From Octopus vulgaris (lineage: Eukaryota), in contig OX597816.1 in assembly GCA_951406725.2 (NCBI GenBank), positions 101,680,001 through 101,744,000 on the forward strand: 64,000 bases of DNA. Direction: 5' to 3'. The position numbers were made by a program, and so were the translations under genes. Of the stretch, positions 50,762 through 63,437 are shown piece by piece. How positions within the stretch are numbered: position 1 is the stretch's first letter; each line of letters begins with the position of its first letter. The notes beneath the pieces are model-generated. The model made no database searches. It worked only from the letters and a program-made list of their open reading frames with translations, and was not told where the DNA came from.

Positions 50762-51975
50762 GAAGGTTTGAAAATGCAATTTTAAAGATGTTTATTCACT
50801 TGACCGGTTTCACTTTTTTAGAAAAAGATTGTCAAAAGTAAAATGTAAGGCTTTGTATAAGCTTTGTTGTGTTAAGTACTGGTTGTCACAAAAGTATTGA
50901 AATACATATATACATTCTTTGATAATAATAAAAAGAAGAAAATGTAAAAACAGTTTACAAGGAAATATCTAAGAAAATATTAAGCAAAAAGTATTAGGAG
51001 TTCAATAAAAATCATGTTTGGTAGTATATATTTATACATACACAGAAAAAGTATTAGGACTTCAATAAAAATCATGTTTGTTTGGTAGTATATATATACA
51101 CAGAAGGAGATATACCATTATGGTACGGAGCCGGGTCTTCAAACGGCGAAGTGCGCTGAACGTTCTCTCACTTGCAGCTTATTCTGTCTTTGCATCAATT
51201 GAGAAAACGTTCAGCACACTTCGCTGTTTGAAGAAGACCTGACTCTGTATCACATTCAAACAGCACTGCCTAATATACTGTTCCATAATGCATGTGCATA
51301 AAAACCTGTGCAAGAAAAACGCTTTGCACATATTCATAGAAAGTTTTATTGCCAAAACGATCGAGTGTAGAAAATTCTTCAAAATGATCACACCATCAAT
51401 GGAGAGTTCTATGCCAACTTGCTAAGGCAGTTACGAAAGTCTGTCAAAACCAAACGCCCAGAAAAACTGATGAAAGGGGTTTTGTTTTATTTGGACAATG
51501 CTTCAGCACACAAGTCCTTGGTTTCAATGGCTGCTGTATGTGACAGATTTTGAACTGATTGATCACCCTCCTATTTTAGCGATTTGGTTCCATCTGACTA
51601 TCATCTGTTTCCCAACATGAAAAAGACACTTGGCTAGGTACCACTATCGCTGTGATAATGACGTCTTATCTGCTGTTGATGGCTATTTTTGACCAACAGG
51701 ATAGCTTCTTCATCAATACGATCCAAACACTGTAACACTCGTGGAAGTGTGTGAACAGTAAGAGAAACTATATTAAAAAATGAACTTCATTAGGTCACAT
51801 TCCATAGCAGTGTCTTGCTCAGCCTATGAATATTTCAGCCGACCCTCATAATAGTAACAATTATTATTATATCTGCACTTATATTAATATTAACATTGAA
51901 AAGATCCACATTTTTCGTAAAAACTTTTGGACCTGGGTTTGCATCTCCGAAGAAAATTTCGTTCTCGGGCCATTG
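50413..51975. mobile_element. hAT-like non-autonomous element with nested insertions
   Basis: 8-bp direct repeat GTAGTAGT at 50405-50412 and 51976-51983, and degenerate TIRs CAA...CCG..AAC. The TSD is low complexity. Confidence 0.45.
51378..51850 (+). mobile_element. mariner transposase C-terminal remnant with 3' TIR
   Basis: TINGEFYANLLRQLR..KRP..VLFYLDNASAHKS, HPP..DLVPSDYHLFP (YSPDLAPSD-like), ending TTTCAGCCGACCCTCATA. Confidence 0.85.
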
Positions 51976-52699
51976 GTAGTAGTGCTTACGTGGTAGTAAC
52001 CAGATTTGATAGTGCTAGGTTAAAATTGATATTGGATGATCAGTATGGGTGGTGCTGCGTGAATTAAATGCTCTGCCTTTGTATTTGGGACAGCTGAGCC
52101 TAGGGTGGCATATCTGGATTGTCAGCTGCCAGTAGATTGAAGCTCGTTAATAGGGTGTGTCTCTGGTTGAAACAATTCTATTTCTGAATGGAATATTATG
52201 AAAAAATTGTGTTCGCTTTCACCCCCTAGAGATAGCTCTTGAAAATCTGTGTTCTGTACATACAAATTTATTCAAGACCGATTCATTTATCCAGTTTTAT
52301 TGTCAAAGCTTTAAGATAAGAAGACTTTTGTTGCTATTCAATCACGTCACTATTTTATGCAACGATTCTGCAACGTTTCTCCATGACTCTGAATTATTGT
52401 AAAATAATTATACTGCAACCTGCAAAGTAAATGTTTAAAAAATGTGAAAAGCAAACGTTTGAACGATTGAATATAGAAGCTTAGGAAACCAAAGATGAAG
52501 AAATAACGACTGATGTGGTTAAGTGGCTCAATGTGATCTACCCTTATTGAGCAAGCCTTATTTTTATAAGTTATATCAGTGTCATGAAATATTTAAAATC
52601 CAAACGTAAAGCAAGTGTTAAAAATATCAGTATCAACAATGAACTAAAATGAACTAAAATTACAGTAATTAAAAGGGGGAAAATATTGAAAAACAGTAC

Positions 52700-52875
52700 A
52701 AATTTGCCAGTAAAAGAAATTAGTGTTGATGCTGAGAGAATTTTCTCGGCCGCTGATTTATCTTAATTTAAGATTTAATGCTTGTTTATTCATAACCCAA
52801 CTAAGATCAAGTCTGTCTGATAAAACACTAGAGGCATTATGCTTTTTGGAAGATTATTTTTCAAACAGAGATTAA
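52700..52875 (+). mobile_element. hAT transposase C-terminal dimerisation-domain remnant
   Basis: SVDAERIFSAA, then an interruption, then FITQLRSSLSDKTLEALCFL..YF*. Confidence 0.7.
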
Positions 52876-54334
52876 AATATCTTTATGATTGAATTAGGAC
52901 ACAAATCTTAAAACGGTTAACCTCTTTACTATAAAGCTTCCATATCAAATGCAAATCAAAACAAACATTTCTTTTATCAGCTTGTTGCTTGTTTTTATTT
53001 AAAAAAAAAAGAATTTTTTTTTTCTTCTTTAAGGAATAATTTTTCATGCGCAATAAATGTTACGAAAGAAAATTATTTTTATTTATAATTTCTTTGCCAG
53101 AAAATACGTTCTTAACTTTACAACAAACCGATTAATCCTTTAATACCTAGTTGTGAAAATTTCCAACGACTATTCACAGGTTTAATTGTATCGTTAGAGA
53201 TCCGGTTGCTGCAATGTTTGTTCCAGTTGCTTGTACTCTGAGTTCTAATTCTGCCGTGGTCAATTTTGCCTTTCAGTCTTTCGAAGTCGAAAAAAAATGT
53301 AATAGCTCAATGTTGATGGCGTTTTCTCTTGCCCTAGCCATCAAATCCAGAATGTTATACTGGATCAAGGGTAGGAAAAACTAGAAAGTGCTTATGTCTA
53401 ATCATTACTGCATGATCACCTAAAGTAATTAGCAACAGTTTAGTATATGCCACCAAGTAATACTCTCTTGTAAGTATATACTCTGTGATTTATTTTATGC
53501 CCACTTCAGACCTAGAATCTCATATGACATACGAAGTCTCCTGCCCCAATAGGCAATACTGAGATTTGCAAACCTTCGATCAATATATACATATATAAAT
53601 ACATGTATGTATGTATACAATTATGTATATGTATATATATATATATTGTAATCTTCTAATACTGAAACACGTATAGTTCCTTCATATTTAATAACTTTAA
53701 GTATTAACTAAAATAGGAGATAATTAATGAACTATAATATATACCCTGCTGGTGATTTTGGTTTCCTTTAAATATTATTTCGTGATGTGCAAACTGATAC
53801 CATGAGTTTACTTTCAGATATACTCATTAGGTTACTTTTTGAATTAGCTGAAATAGAATACCCGCATATCGATTAATCTCCCAAAAATTGAATTAATACA
53901 TATCTATATATATGTTAGGCGTAGGAGTGGCTGGTGTGCTAAGTAACTTGCTTAACAACCACATGATTCCGGGTATATATATATATATATATATAGCTAT
54001 GGACTCCATGTGGGCAGCCATCTAAGAGTTTTTGTTTATCTTGATGCTGACATAAGTTCCTTGTTTTTCCTGATGAGAAGGCGGCATTATGCACCCCTTA
54101 TTCCTTCGAAATTAGGAATATGCAGCCTTCGAAACATATGTCGAGAATAAAGGAATTTTGTTAAATCGTCGTTCAACTCCATTCTTTCATTTATTTTTTT
54201 AAAAAAACACACAAATTTCCACACGAAAGCACGTGATCTATGGCATGTAGCTTCAACCGTATTTTTCTGACGTGAATTTGCTACCCAGGTATCGGTTAAC
54301 CGAATTATCCATACTAAGATAATTCATTCAACTA

Positions 54335-54380
<46 letters not shown>

Positions 54381-54383
<3 letters not shown>

Positions 54384-54888
54384 CAAAAACACAATAGAGG
54401 ACAGTAAAACATTCAGACAGATAGACGATACAAAGGCGGACAGGGGAAACAACAATTAGAAGGACGGGTAAAAAGACTGGTCATTCGTGGCCTTCTTTCA
54501 TCAGTTAAGTTTACCAGAAGTCCTTACTGTTTCGGGCAGTTACACTTGAGAAAGTTCGATCTGGTTACCCCCAAAAAAGTCTAAGCTAAGAGCATTAGAA
54601 TTTTTTGTAAGAAAGCTAACGAATGTATCGGCAACAAAGACAAAAAACAGAGAACATGTTACGCAATTACAAATACAAACAAGAAAATAACAACAGGTGT
54701 CTTTTGACTGAGAACGAATCAAATTGGCGTGTATGAAGTGAACATAGGAGATGGACACAAGAGGTGTTGGCAGTCGGCAGTCAAGCCAAGAAAGAAAGAT
54801 CATGGCTGGCAGCACACTAGTCACGTGGATGGAGGAGAGAGGTGTAGGTGGCAGCGGGATTGAAGGAGATAAACGAGGGGGAAGGTGG
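54381..54888 (-). mobile_element. Penelope-like terminal fragment
   Basis: Ends in (TA)n, contains CCCGAAACAGTA, and has a pyrimidine-rich tail like that at 32905-33092. Confidence 0.4.
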
Positions 54889-57712
54889 GGCGACCATAGC
54901 TGGGAGCAGTAGTCGAGACAGCTGAGGACAAATGTTCTCCAGAGGACCATCATGGTTTCTTTCTCTCTGGTTCTTAAGGTTCTCAGGATCCAGCCAGCCA
55001 GCTGTCTGCACTTTATCGCCATATTGGTAATGTGCACTTGGAAAGAGATGTCATCACTCATGTCGCTACCCAGGTCCGCACTGATTTAGGTTTGGAGATT
55101 GTAATATCCTGTGGGCCAGTGTACTCTGTAAGTTTTAAGTTCAGTTTTGGGCGCTGGTAGCGCAGAGCTTGGAATTTTCCAGCATTAGACTGCATATTAT
55201 TGTCCTCAGCCCATCTGTAAATTGATTCCAACTCCTGCTGCAAGTGTGCAACATCGCTAGGAATTTGTATTTTCTGCGAGACTTCCGTATCGTCTGCGTA
55301 GCTAGCAAGAGTGACTATCTGGGCAGCTGAGGGTATATCTGAGAGGGCTACTATGAAAAGCAGTGGTCCCTGGGAACATCACTCACTATTTGTGTTGACT
55401 TTGATGTGGCTCCATTGACCACCACTGCCTGACTTCTATCTTTCAGAAAGTCATGTAACCACTCTCCAAGTTTTCCAGCTATGCCAAGATCACGCAGTTT
55501 GTGGCATATCACATGATCCACTTTATCAAAAGCATTTGAGTTGTTGAATAATTGCCTCAACACCCAGTCATAGTGCCGTAGGAACTGGGTCAGGCAGCTC
55601 CTACCTGGTCGAAAACCATACTGGGTATCACTCAGCAAGTCGTTTTCTTCAAAGAATGCGGTTAGTTTCCCTCTGACTATTCGTTCCATGACTTTGCTGA
55701 TGTGAGAAGTCAGAGAGATAGACCTATATTTTTTGGTGTCTGCTCCACTTCCTCCTTTATGGATTGGGCATATCATTCCCTCCTTCAGTTTGCTTGGCAA
55801 CCTGCCCGTTGCAAGAAAACTCTGGAAGAGAATCTGTAGTGGTTTCGCCAGGGCACACTTACACGATTTGAAGAGGATTGCTGGGAAACCATCAGGGCCA
55901 GCAGTTGAGTTTGCGTCCACCTCATCTATGGCTAGTAGTATATCTTCTTCACCAATGTTGATGTAATCTATCGTAGCTGCCTCGCTGGTTATAGGTGAAG
56001 CGACAAAGAAATCCACTTGTTCGCTCACTTGTCGGTGTTCCAACGGGATGGTAAAGGCACTTTTGAACTGGTCATTCAGTACCTCACTGATCCTGGTTGG
56101 GTTATCTGTGAGGGAGCCATCCTTTTGGGAGACGGGTCCTATCTTAGAGCGTACTGAAGCTGTTTCTTTGGCATAATGAAAGAAGGACTTTGGGTTTGAC
56201 TTAATGTTTTTTTATAAACCAGGCTTCTTTGTTTGCTCCATCCTTCACATAGGATTGTTGCAGGCTTTTTTCAATCTCCATCAGTGTTGTTTTTAGGCAG
56301 GACCTTTCACTACTTTTGGGATGCTGGTTGAAGCGATATGCAACCTTCGTCTGTCGTCTCATGAGCATCTTCTTCTCCCTTGGAATCTTGTTCCTTTTTA
56401 TGTTGGCCTTGTGCTCTGGGACATATTTCTGGCATATGGTTTGCATAACAGACATGAAATATTCGAGTTTCATGTCAATGTCTGGTGTGAAGAGACATTT
56501 CGTCCAGTCCTATCTGAGGATCTCTTTTTGGATCGATTTTCAGTCTGCTTTATGGAAGTTCGGATTGGAGAGATTTTGGGTGCTTCCTTTAGGCTGTATG
56601 CCTCTGGATACTTTTGGTCCATACATAGACTACTCTGTTATGATGTGATCTGAAACTAATGTCAGCGTCACTTTCGCATTATGAACGATGTCCATATTCT
56701 TTGTGAAGCAGAGATCCAGAATGTTATTCGCCCTAGTTGGTCTGAGCACAACTTGCTCCATGAATAGTGCATTGATGAGGTTGAGCAGGAACTCCACCTG
56801 TATTTGTTTGCAATGAGTCATTCTTGAGAGCATGAGGTCTTCGAAGGATTTGGCATTGGGGAAGTTGAAATCACCCATAAGAAACACGCTCACATGATGT
56901 TCCAGTTTCATGAGGATTTCTTTTATTCTTGTGAGGCAATCTTCAAACTTGCCTGTGTGGTTTGGAGCATCCAGTGAGCAATATGTATTGCATATGACTA
57001 TATTGTGTTGTCTTACGTATACAACTAGCGTCACATACTGAATTTGAGTGTGACAGTAGGACATGGAGTATGAGATCCTCACGGATGTATACAGCAACTC
57101 CAACGTGGCTCCTCTCCCTTCTATCTTTTCGCAGTAATATATATATATATGCATGTGAAACAGCCAAAGAAAGAAGCAAGTCTGACTGCCAATACAACAA
57201 AAAGGATAAAAAGAGACAGCACACACGAATGTGTAAATTCCACTTGAAAGGTGTCTGATGGCATAGAGAGGGGGGTGCATGCTGTCATTTTGTAGACCAA
57301 AGACCCTGCCACACCAACACAAAACAGGGTGGAAACCAATTGCCAAAAGGAAAGGACCACGTACCACCTGCCTCAAAACAGAAATACGATGTATTATGCG
57401 CTACAAACCAGTCCTATCAACATGTTATAGAAAGGGAAGCTGCTAGACAACAATTTTTTTTTTGCATGGCACAGAAGATTGTACAGCAACTGACCTGGCT
57501 ACATCAATCTCATGGATGGGACTATCCCCAATACACAAGACCACCACAGCAAATGGACCCAAGGTGGACACCACTAGCAACAATACAGACATCACATCGG
57601 TGCTCTTACTGAACATTAGAGGGCTGTTAACACTTAGTAACAGGACAAAAATTGCTTTCCTGAGGGACCTTGTTGCATGCAATCAAGCCTTATGCACAGC
57701 AGTAACAAAAAA
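54889..57712 (-). mobile_element. CR1-like LINE (APE+RT), decayed, with its 5' segment (57150-57712) inverted
   Basis: Minus strand: RKDRRERSHVGVAVYIRE, GDFNFP, NILDLCFT, SDH, GPDGFP, YRSISLTS, QYGFRPGRSCLTQ, YADDT. Plus strand: zinc-finger-like CKFHLKGV and APE start LLLNIRGL. Same family as 2225-3890. Confidence 0.85.
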
Positions 57713-57809
57713 GTATATATATTTACGTATGTGTGTGCATGCGTGCATTTGTGTGTGCATGTGTGTGCATGCATGCATGCATTTGTGTGTATGTGTGTGT
57801 GTGTGTACA

Positions 57810-57960
57810 AGAGGAAGAACCACAACACCATATCATTAAATCCTGACCACACCTTCACCTGCAGCCACTGTAGCATGCCTGCCTGTCCCACATTGGTCTT
57901 GTCAGCCATAAGCATGCCTGCAGTCATCATGGACCAGCCCTTTCGTAATAATCTTCATTC
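57810..57960 (+). mobile_element. RTE-like LINE 3' remnant (C2H2-like tail)
   Basis: FTCSHCS, then a frameshift, then CLSHIGLVSHKHAC, matching the RTE C-terminal CxxC..C.SRIGL.SH motif. Confidence 0.6.
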
Positions 57961-59013
57961 ACAAAACCAACCCAGGAAGATACTAAAGATCAAATAGGTT
58001 AATAAAAGTATGAGTAGAGTCAATATTTAAATTAATTGGTGAATTATGCCATGTGTTATATGGCATGTGTTCAGGAAGAGAAAAGACTATATTAATGTGG
58101 ATATATGAACTAAATGATGGATTGTATCACATAATTAGAATAATGAATGGGCAGTAATAGAATTGGCATACACTAACTAGATTAAAGAAAGAACAGTCAA
58201 TATTAGTGCTAACATTTAAATCAAATAGCAATCTATATTATATACAGAAAATATAAAAACTGACATGTAAACTAAATAGTAGATGATACTATAAATTAGC
58301 TAAGTGAAGCATAGACAATATTAGGGGAGTGTAGAAAATATTAGGGAGCATAGGCAACATAAACAAAAGTGTATACTTTACTATATAATAATTAAGGTAA
58401 AAAAAGTACAGGCAATATTAGAGTTAACATTTTAATCAAATTGTGACTCATATCAAATACTAATTAAACTGATAAAAGAATGTGCTGTATTAGGTATGAA
58501 ATGTAAATTAGATTAGACCATTTACTAATTACATTCAGGGAAGGAAGAGCAATATGTCATTTAAAGTAAGTGGTCAGGAAACAAGCTTTCTAACCACACA
58601 TCCACACCTGCACCTAACACAGCCAGAGAATGCAAGAAACAAGGTAAGAAGTAGGTAAGAGGTGAGTGCTGAAATATAACTAAGAAAAACAACAAAAGTG
58701 AGAGAAAATAAAAATTCTTTGATGTATTTATTGCTTCACTGATTTGTTCATTCGTTTGAAAGATTTTTGTTTTGTTTTTTTCAATCAGAAAAGGATTTTT
58801 TTGGTAATAAATTATGAGACAAAAAATTTGTCAATATCGTGTTGTCTGTGAATTGATGACAGACAAAAGTTTGTGGAATGGTTCCAAAACGTCCTTGGAC
58901 GTCATTTTTGGTCAAATGCAGATGGAACGGGCCCCAATATTATGGGCACTCCATCCACCAACAATTCAGCAGTATTTTTTTTTCAACAGTAAAATCTATG
59001 ATCTATGGCTCTG

Positions 59014-59111
59014 TCAGTGGTGTTCATCTTGGCGACGAGAACTTCGCCTTTTCTTTTTAGGGTGCCGTCGTTCTAGGAATCTCTTTTGGTGAGCCAAAAT
59101 TGGGAACAATT
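59014..59111 (-). CDS. drosha: Drosha, terminal coding exon
   Basis: ttctag|AA completes G+AA=Glu. Encodes LFPILAHQKRFLERRHPKKKRRSSRRQDEHH*, matching the Drosha C-tail pattern FPxxAHQKRFxER. Confidence 0.93.
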
Positions 59112-60826
59112 CTAGAATGAAAGAAAGAATATAGAAAGAACAGGACAAAAACATACAATACAAATTGTAAGAAATTTGGGGGCAATCCCAAAAAAAGTAG
59201 AAGTATTTAGACATTTTTAACCTGAAATAAATGAACCAGTTTTTATTGTCTACAATATTTCCTTCCAAATTAAGACACAGGAAAGGGAGAGATCAACTTA
59301 TCTGATTTGTTGTCGTAGGAGAATCATAATTTTCAGTGGTATAATCCACATAATAGGTGCTTTTGTTGCTGTTTTGTCCCAAGCCACTTACACCTAGATA
59401 ATCACCGTTAATTCCATCGTACGTGTCAGTTATGTCATATCTTCAATACTCCATACATCCTCCCCAGCACATCTCTGGGCTAAAGGCTGTAGCGTATTGG
59501 CAAGTGAGTGTCTGCCAATCAGTGATTTTCAATGTGAACATGTGTATAATAACCCCAGCACTCAGCTGAGGGTCATATCATCAACACCTCATACATCTCA
59601 CTTCCGTATCATAGACACCAATATCTTATGTACTCTATTTCTATTCACTCTATGAGTTGGTTTATCACAAAATCTAAGAGATTTACAGAGAACCGATTTT
59701 AATTCTATACTAACACAGTTACACAAATTGTCACAATATATCCACGGTTTAAAGGTCAAAATTTCTCAAATAATATTTTATAGCAGACTTACTTGCTTAA
59801 CAATGAAAATGCTTATTAAAAAAAAAATCTGATTCCTGAGTTATTCCCCTTTATTACAGTTTATGCAACTTACTTTGACTAGAAAATTATTTGGAGCAGA
59901 GTAGATTGTTAAGAAAATAAACCATCAAAATTTACAGTATTCAATTACAATGTTTTCTCTTCTGAGTTCAAATTATAAATTTACCTTCATGCTTCATTCT
60001 TCTTTGGCCAATATAATGGGATGAATTCAACTGTCTATATCCCCTAAAAATGTTAGTTCTGCATCAGACTATTGACTAAAGAGGCCTAACCCTAATTTAC
60101 TCTATTGTTATGTCTGTAAACAAGACACTTCAATAGTTTGTTTAGTTGTAAATAAATAGCATTGGTTGATACTGTTGTTGTTTTCCTTTGACTCCAAGTC
60201 AACTCTGGTCAATAAAACTTATGATCAAATATTTTCCTTTTGTGTCCATCTCATTTTTATTTTCAGATACTGTATATAGGACTGCATTATACAATGTCCT
60301 TTTCTTTTTTTTTTAACTAAAATAGATGTATATGATTTGACAGAAATTTGACTGCTATTTCTATCAGGCCAAGCTAAAAATAGAAGCTCCTTCAATGGCT
60401 TGACTGACAATTGTTTTCTTAGCTCAAAGTATTCACTTAAAATGCTGCTCAAAGTATTCACTTCAAATGCTGCTAAGTGTAAAACATTAAAGAGAAATAG
60501 ATTCTAGCAAGCAGACTAGCCCTAAGTATACCAAATGGAATTGAAATCTTCAAATTCTACTGTAACAACCCAATAATAGGAACCAATCATTTCATATACA
60601 CAACAGCCCACAACACCAAGACCTTAACCAAATTCTCATGGAAAGAACAACTTAAATGGGATACTTTATAATGAATCACCCACACCACCCTGAGCTTAGC
60701 CAAGCTTACTATTCAATATTTCTCATGGCAAAACACAGCTAATAAAAACCAACCAGCAGTTACGTCATATAGAAAAAAAACAGTCCACATGGGGATCTAG
60801 TGAACAGATTACTCTTATAGCCTTAC

Positions 60827-60972
60827 CTGATCTCTGGTTGAGTGCATTTGTAGCAGCAGCCATTTCAGCTTGTTGGATACTGTGACCAATTCCTGTAGCC
60901 AGACGTTCTCCACGGAAATACACAGCTACAGTATATTTTCTTGTGTTTGTTGGACCAGATGACTCTATAACC
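60827..60972 (-). CDS. drosha: Drosha, dsRBD exon
   Basis: ttccag|G ... G|gtaagg. Encodes VIESSGPTNTRKYTVAVYFRGERLATGIGHSIQQAEMAAATNALNQRS, with phases matching both neighbouring exons. Confidence 0.97.
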
Positions 60973-61012
60973 CTGGAAACATTAATAGAAATATTATATC
61001 AAATGTTGTTAG

Positions 61013-61742
61013 CATCATCATCATCATTTAATGTCCTCCTTCCATACTGGCATGGGTTGGATGGTTGGACAGGAGCTGGCCAGGCAGGAGCCTGCACCAT
61101 GGTTCTGGCATGATTTTTACGGCTGGATGCCGTTCCTAACACCAACCACTCTGTAGAGTGGGCTGAGAGCTTTTAACAAGGCACTCACACAGCTGAAGCC
61201 AGTTTTGGCATGGTTTACACAACTGGATGCCCTTCCAAATGCCAACCACTTTTCAGTGTGGACTGGGTGCTTTTTAAGTGGCACCTGCACTAGTGGCGTC
61301 ACCAAGTGACTCTACAAGACAAGGAGTCTTTGTGAGGGGAGGAAGCATTGGAGAAGATGATCATATGTCAGATGATGAAAGGTTAGAGTGTGACAGAGAG
61401 ACAGAAACATATCTCGCAATAGAGGAGGTACAAGGTTACCTAGCCAGAGAGGAAGAGACAGAAGTAAAGAGACAGATGAAGAGAGACAGAGGAAGAGAGG
61501 GAGAGGAAGAGAGCAAGAAAGAGAGCGAGAGTTAACAAAAATGAGAGCAGAAACAGGTGTGCTGCTAAAGAGGAGGAACATAGTTACCTAAAGAGAGAGG
61601 GGGGTTACCAAGAAAGAGGTGTGTTGCTGTAAAGGAGATACATGGTTACCTAGCCAAATTTGAATTCAGAACATAAAGACAGATGAAATGCCGCTAAGCA
61701 TTTTGCCTGGAATGCTAATGATTCTGTCAGCTTGTTGCCTTG
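61013..61742 (-). mobile_element. Composite SINE/LINE-tail repeat in a Drosha intron
   Basis: (GAT)n tail, duplicated GGATGCC.TTCC.AA..CCAACCAC module, and a SINE head at 61655-61742. Confidence 0.6.
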
Positions 61743-61862
61743 TTAGTGTTTTAATAACAATGTAAATGTTTGCATGTATGTATATATATATATGTGCAGA
61801 ACAAAATGTTTTTTTCTTGTGTGTAATATAAAGTAATATGAAAAATGGTATAAGAACAGATG

Positions 61863-61921
<59 letters not shown>

Positions 61922-62224
61922 TAAAACAATGACACGAGATCAAGGGTTGTGTAATCACATTCATTTGCTTGCAGCTATTTCAGCTATAAAAAGCACTCAG
62001 AGATGAGTGACAATGTGACAGCTTCATCAGAGCCTTACAAGTTCACAACAGCTTAGAAATACCATGCATTATATGCATGTTGAGTTCTAGCAAACGGCTA
62101 TTCATCCTGATTTGGTTAAGCACAAGAATATATAAAAAATATACACACATATTGTGTGTATGAGAGACAGAGAGAGAGTGGCTGTGCATGTGTGTGTGTG
62201 CACAAAGAAGCTAGAGAAACTCAC

Positions 62225-62331
62225 TTGTATATTGGTATATCTGGTTCACCACCATCTAGTTCTCGTAATGTCAAACAACATTGCTGAAGCTGTGATTTCG
62301 GATCATTCCAATCCTGATTCAAGATGAAGTC
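62225..62331 (-). CDS. drosha: Drosha (RNase III), exon with the start of the dsRBD
   Basis: acag|GAC ... AA|gtgagt. Encodes DFILNQDWNDPKSQLQQCCLTLRELDGGEPDIPIYK, the diagnostic Drosha motif QDWNDPKSQLQQCCL. Confidence 0.97.
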
Positions 62332-63249
62332 CTGTTGTAAACACCAAACAAACAAAAGATCAGTTAACAAAAGATCAAAGGTTTAGAGTCTCAATAGGTT
62401 ATTACTACATGATCAGTCATCATCACTGACATCACTGGTCTTCACATTACTTCCTCCTTTTTTTTTTGTTTACATAATCACTTCCATTATCACTAATTTC
62501 ACTACTGTTATCATCATCATCATCAGCAGCAGCAGCAGCATCAACTCCATTACCCTTTGTTATCACCTTCCTCACTCCCATTATCATCACTATCACTATC
62601 ACTATCATCACGAGCCTCCGTCTTACTTCCCCTTCCTTCTCAACATTATTATTGTTATCATCACTATCACTACTAACAACATTATCAGTGGGCTGCACAT
62701 TTCTTCTTTTAATCATCATCACTGCTGATGGTTAAAACATCATAATCATCATCAGTAGTTCAGGTTGTTAATTAAAACCATCTCTGCCACTCTTGTATTA
62801 TCATCACCATCAGCCTTAATATAATACTAACTTCCAAAAGCATTCACATATTAAATAAACAAATATCCAATTTCTACACAATCTCACTCCACACTAACTT
62901 GTACAACCTGCTACACAAAGACAATGTCTTCAGTGGTGACTCCTATGATCCAGTAAGTTTTGGGGTTCACCACAATTATTTCTAAGATGTTTCATTTCAT
63001 TATTATCCATCATTTTATATCTAAACAACCTCACTAAATTTTGAGCTTTACCAAGATGGTTTGCCTGAATTAGATTTTTAAGACAGTAGCATTATATCTG
63101 AGAAAGGTTAGGCTCAAATCTTGTAGGTCATGCAATTCCATCAGACACTCAAAAAGCAATAGCGAAATCTAAAAATTTAACATAACCAGACAAAATTCAA
63201 AATATACACCTGAAATACTGAGGGAATCACTGCATTTACTAATATTGGC

Positions 63250-63437
63250 TTTAAATTTTGGCACAAGGCCAGCAATTTGGGAGGAGGGGCTAAGCTGATT
63301 ACATTGACCCTAGTGCTCAACTGGTACTTGTTTTATCAAACCTGAAGGGACAAAAGGTAAAATTCAAAATGTAAAGACAGACAAAATACTAAGCATTTTA
63401 CCCAGTGCAGTAATGATTCTGCCAGCTAACTGCCTTG
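63250..63437 (-). mobile_element. SINE, first family, decayed
   Basis: Head reverse complement gattctgccagctaactgcctt and the 3' part are present. Confidence 0.75.
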
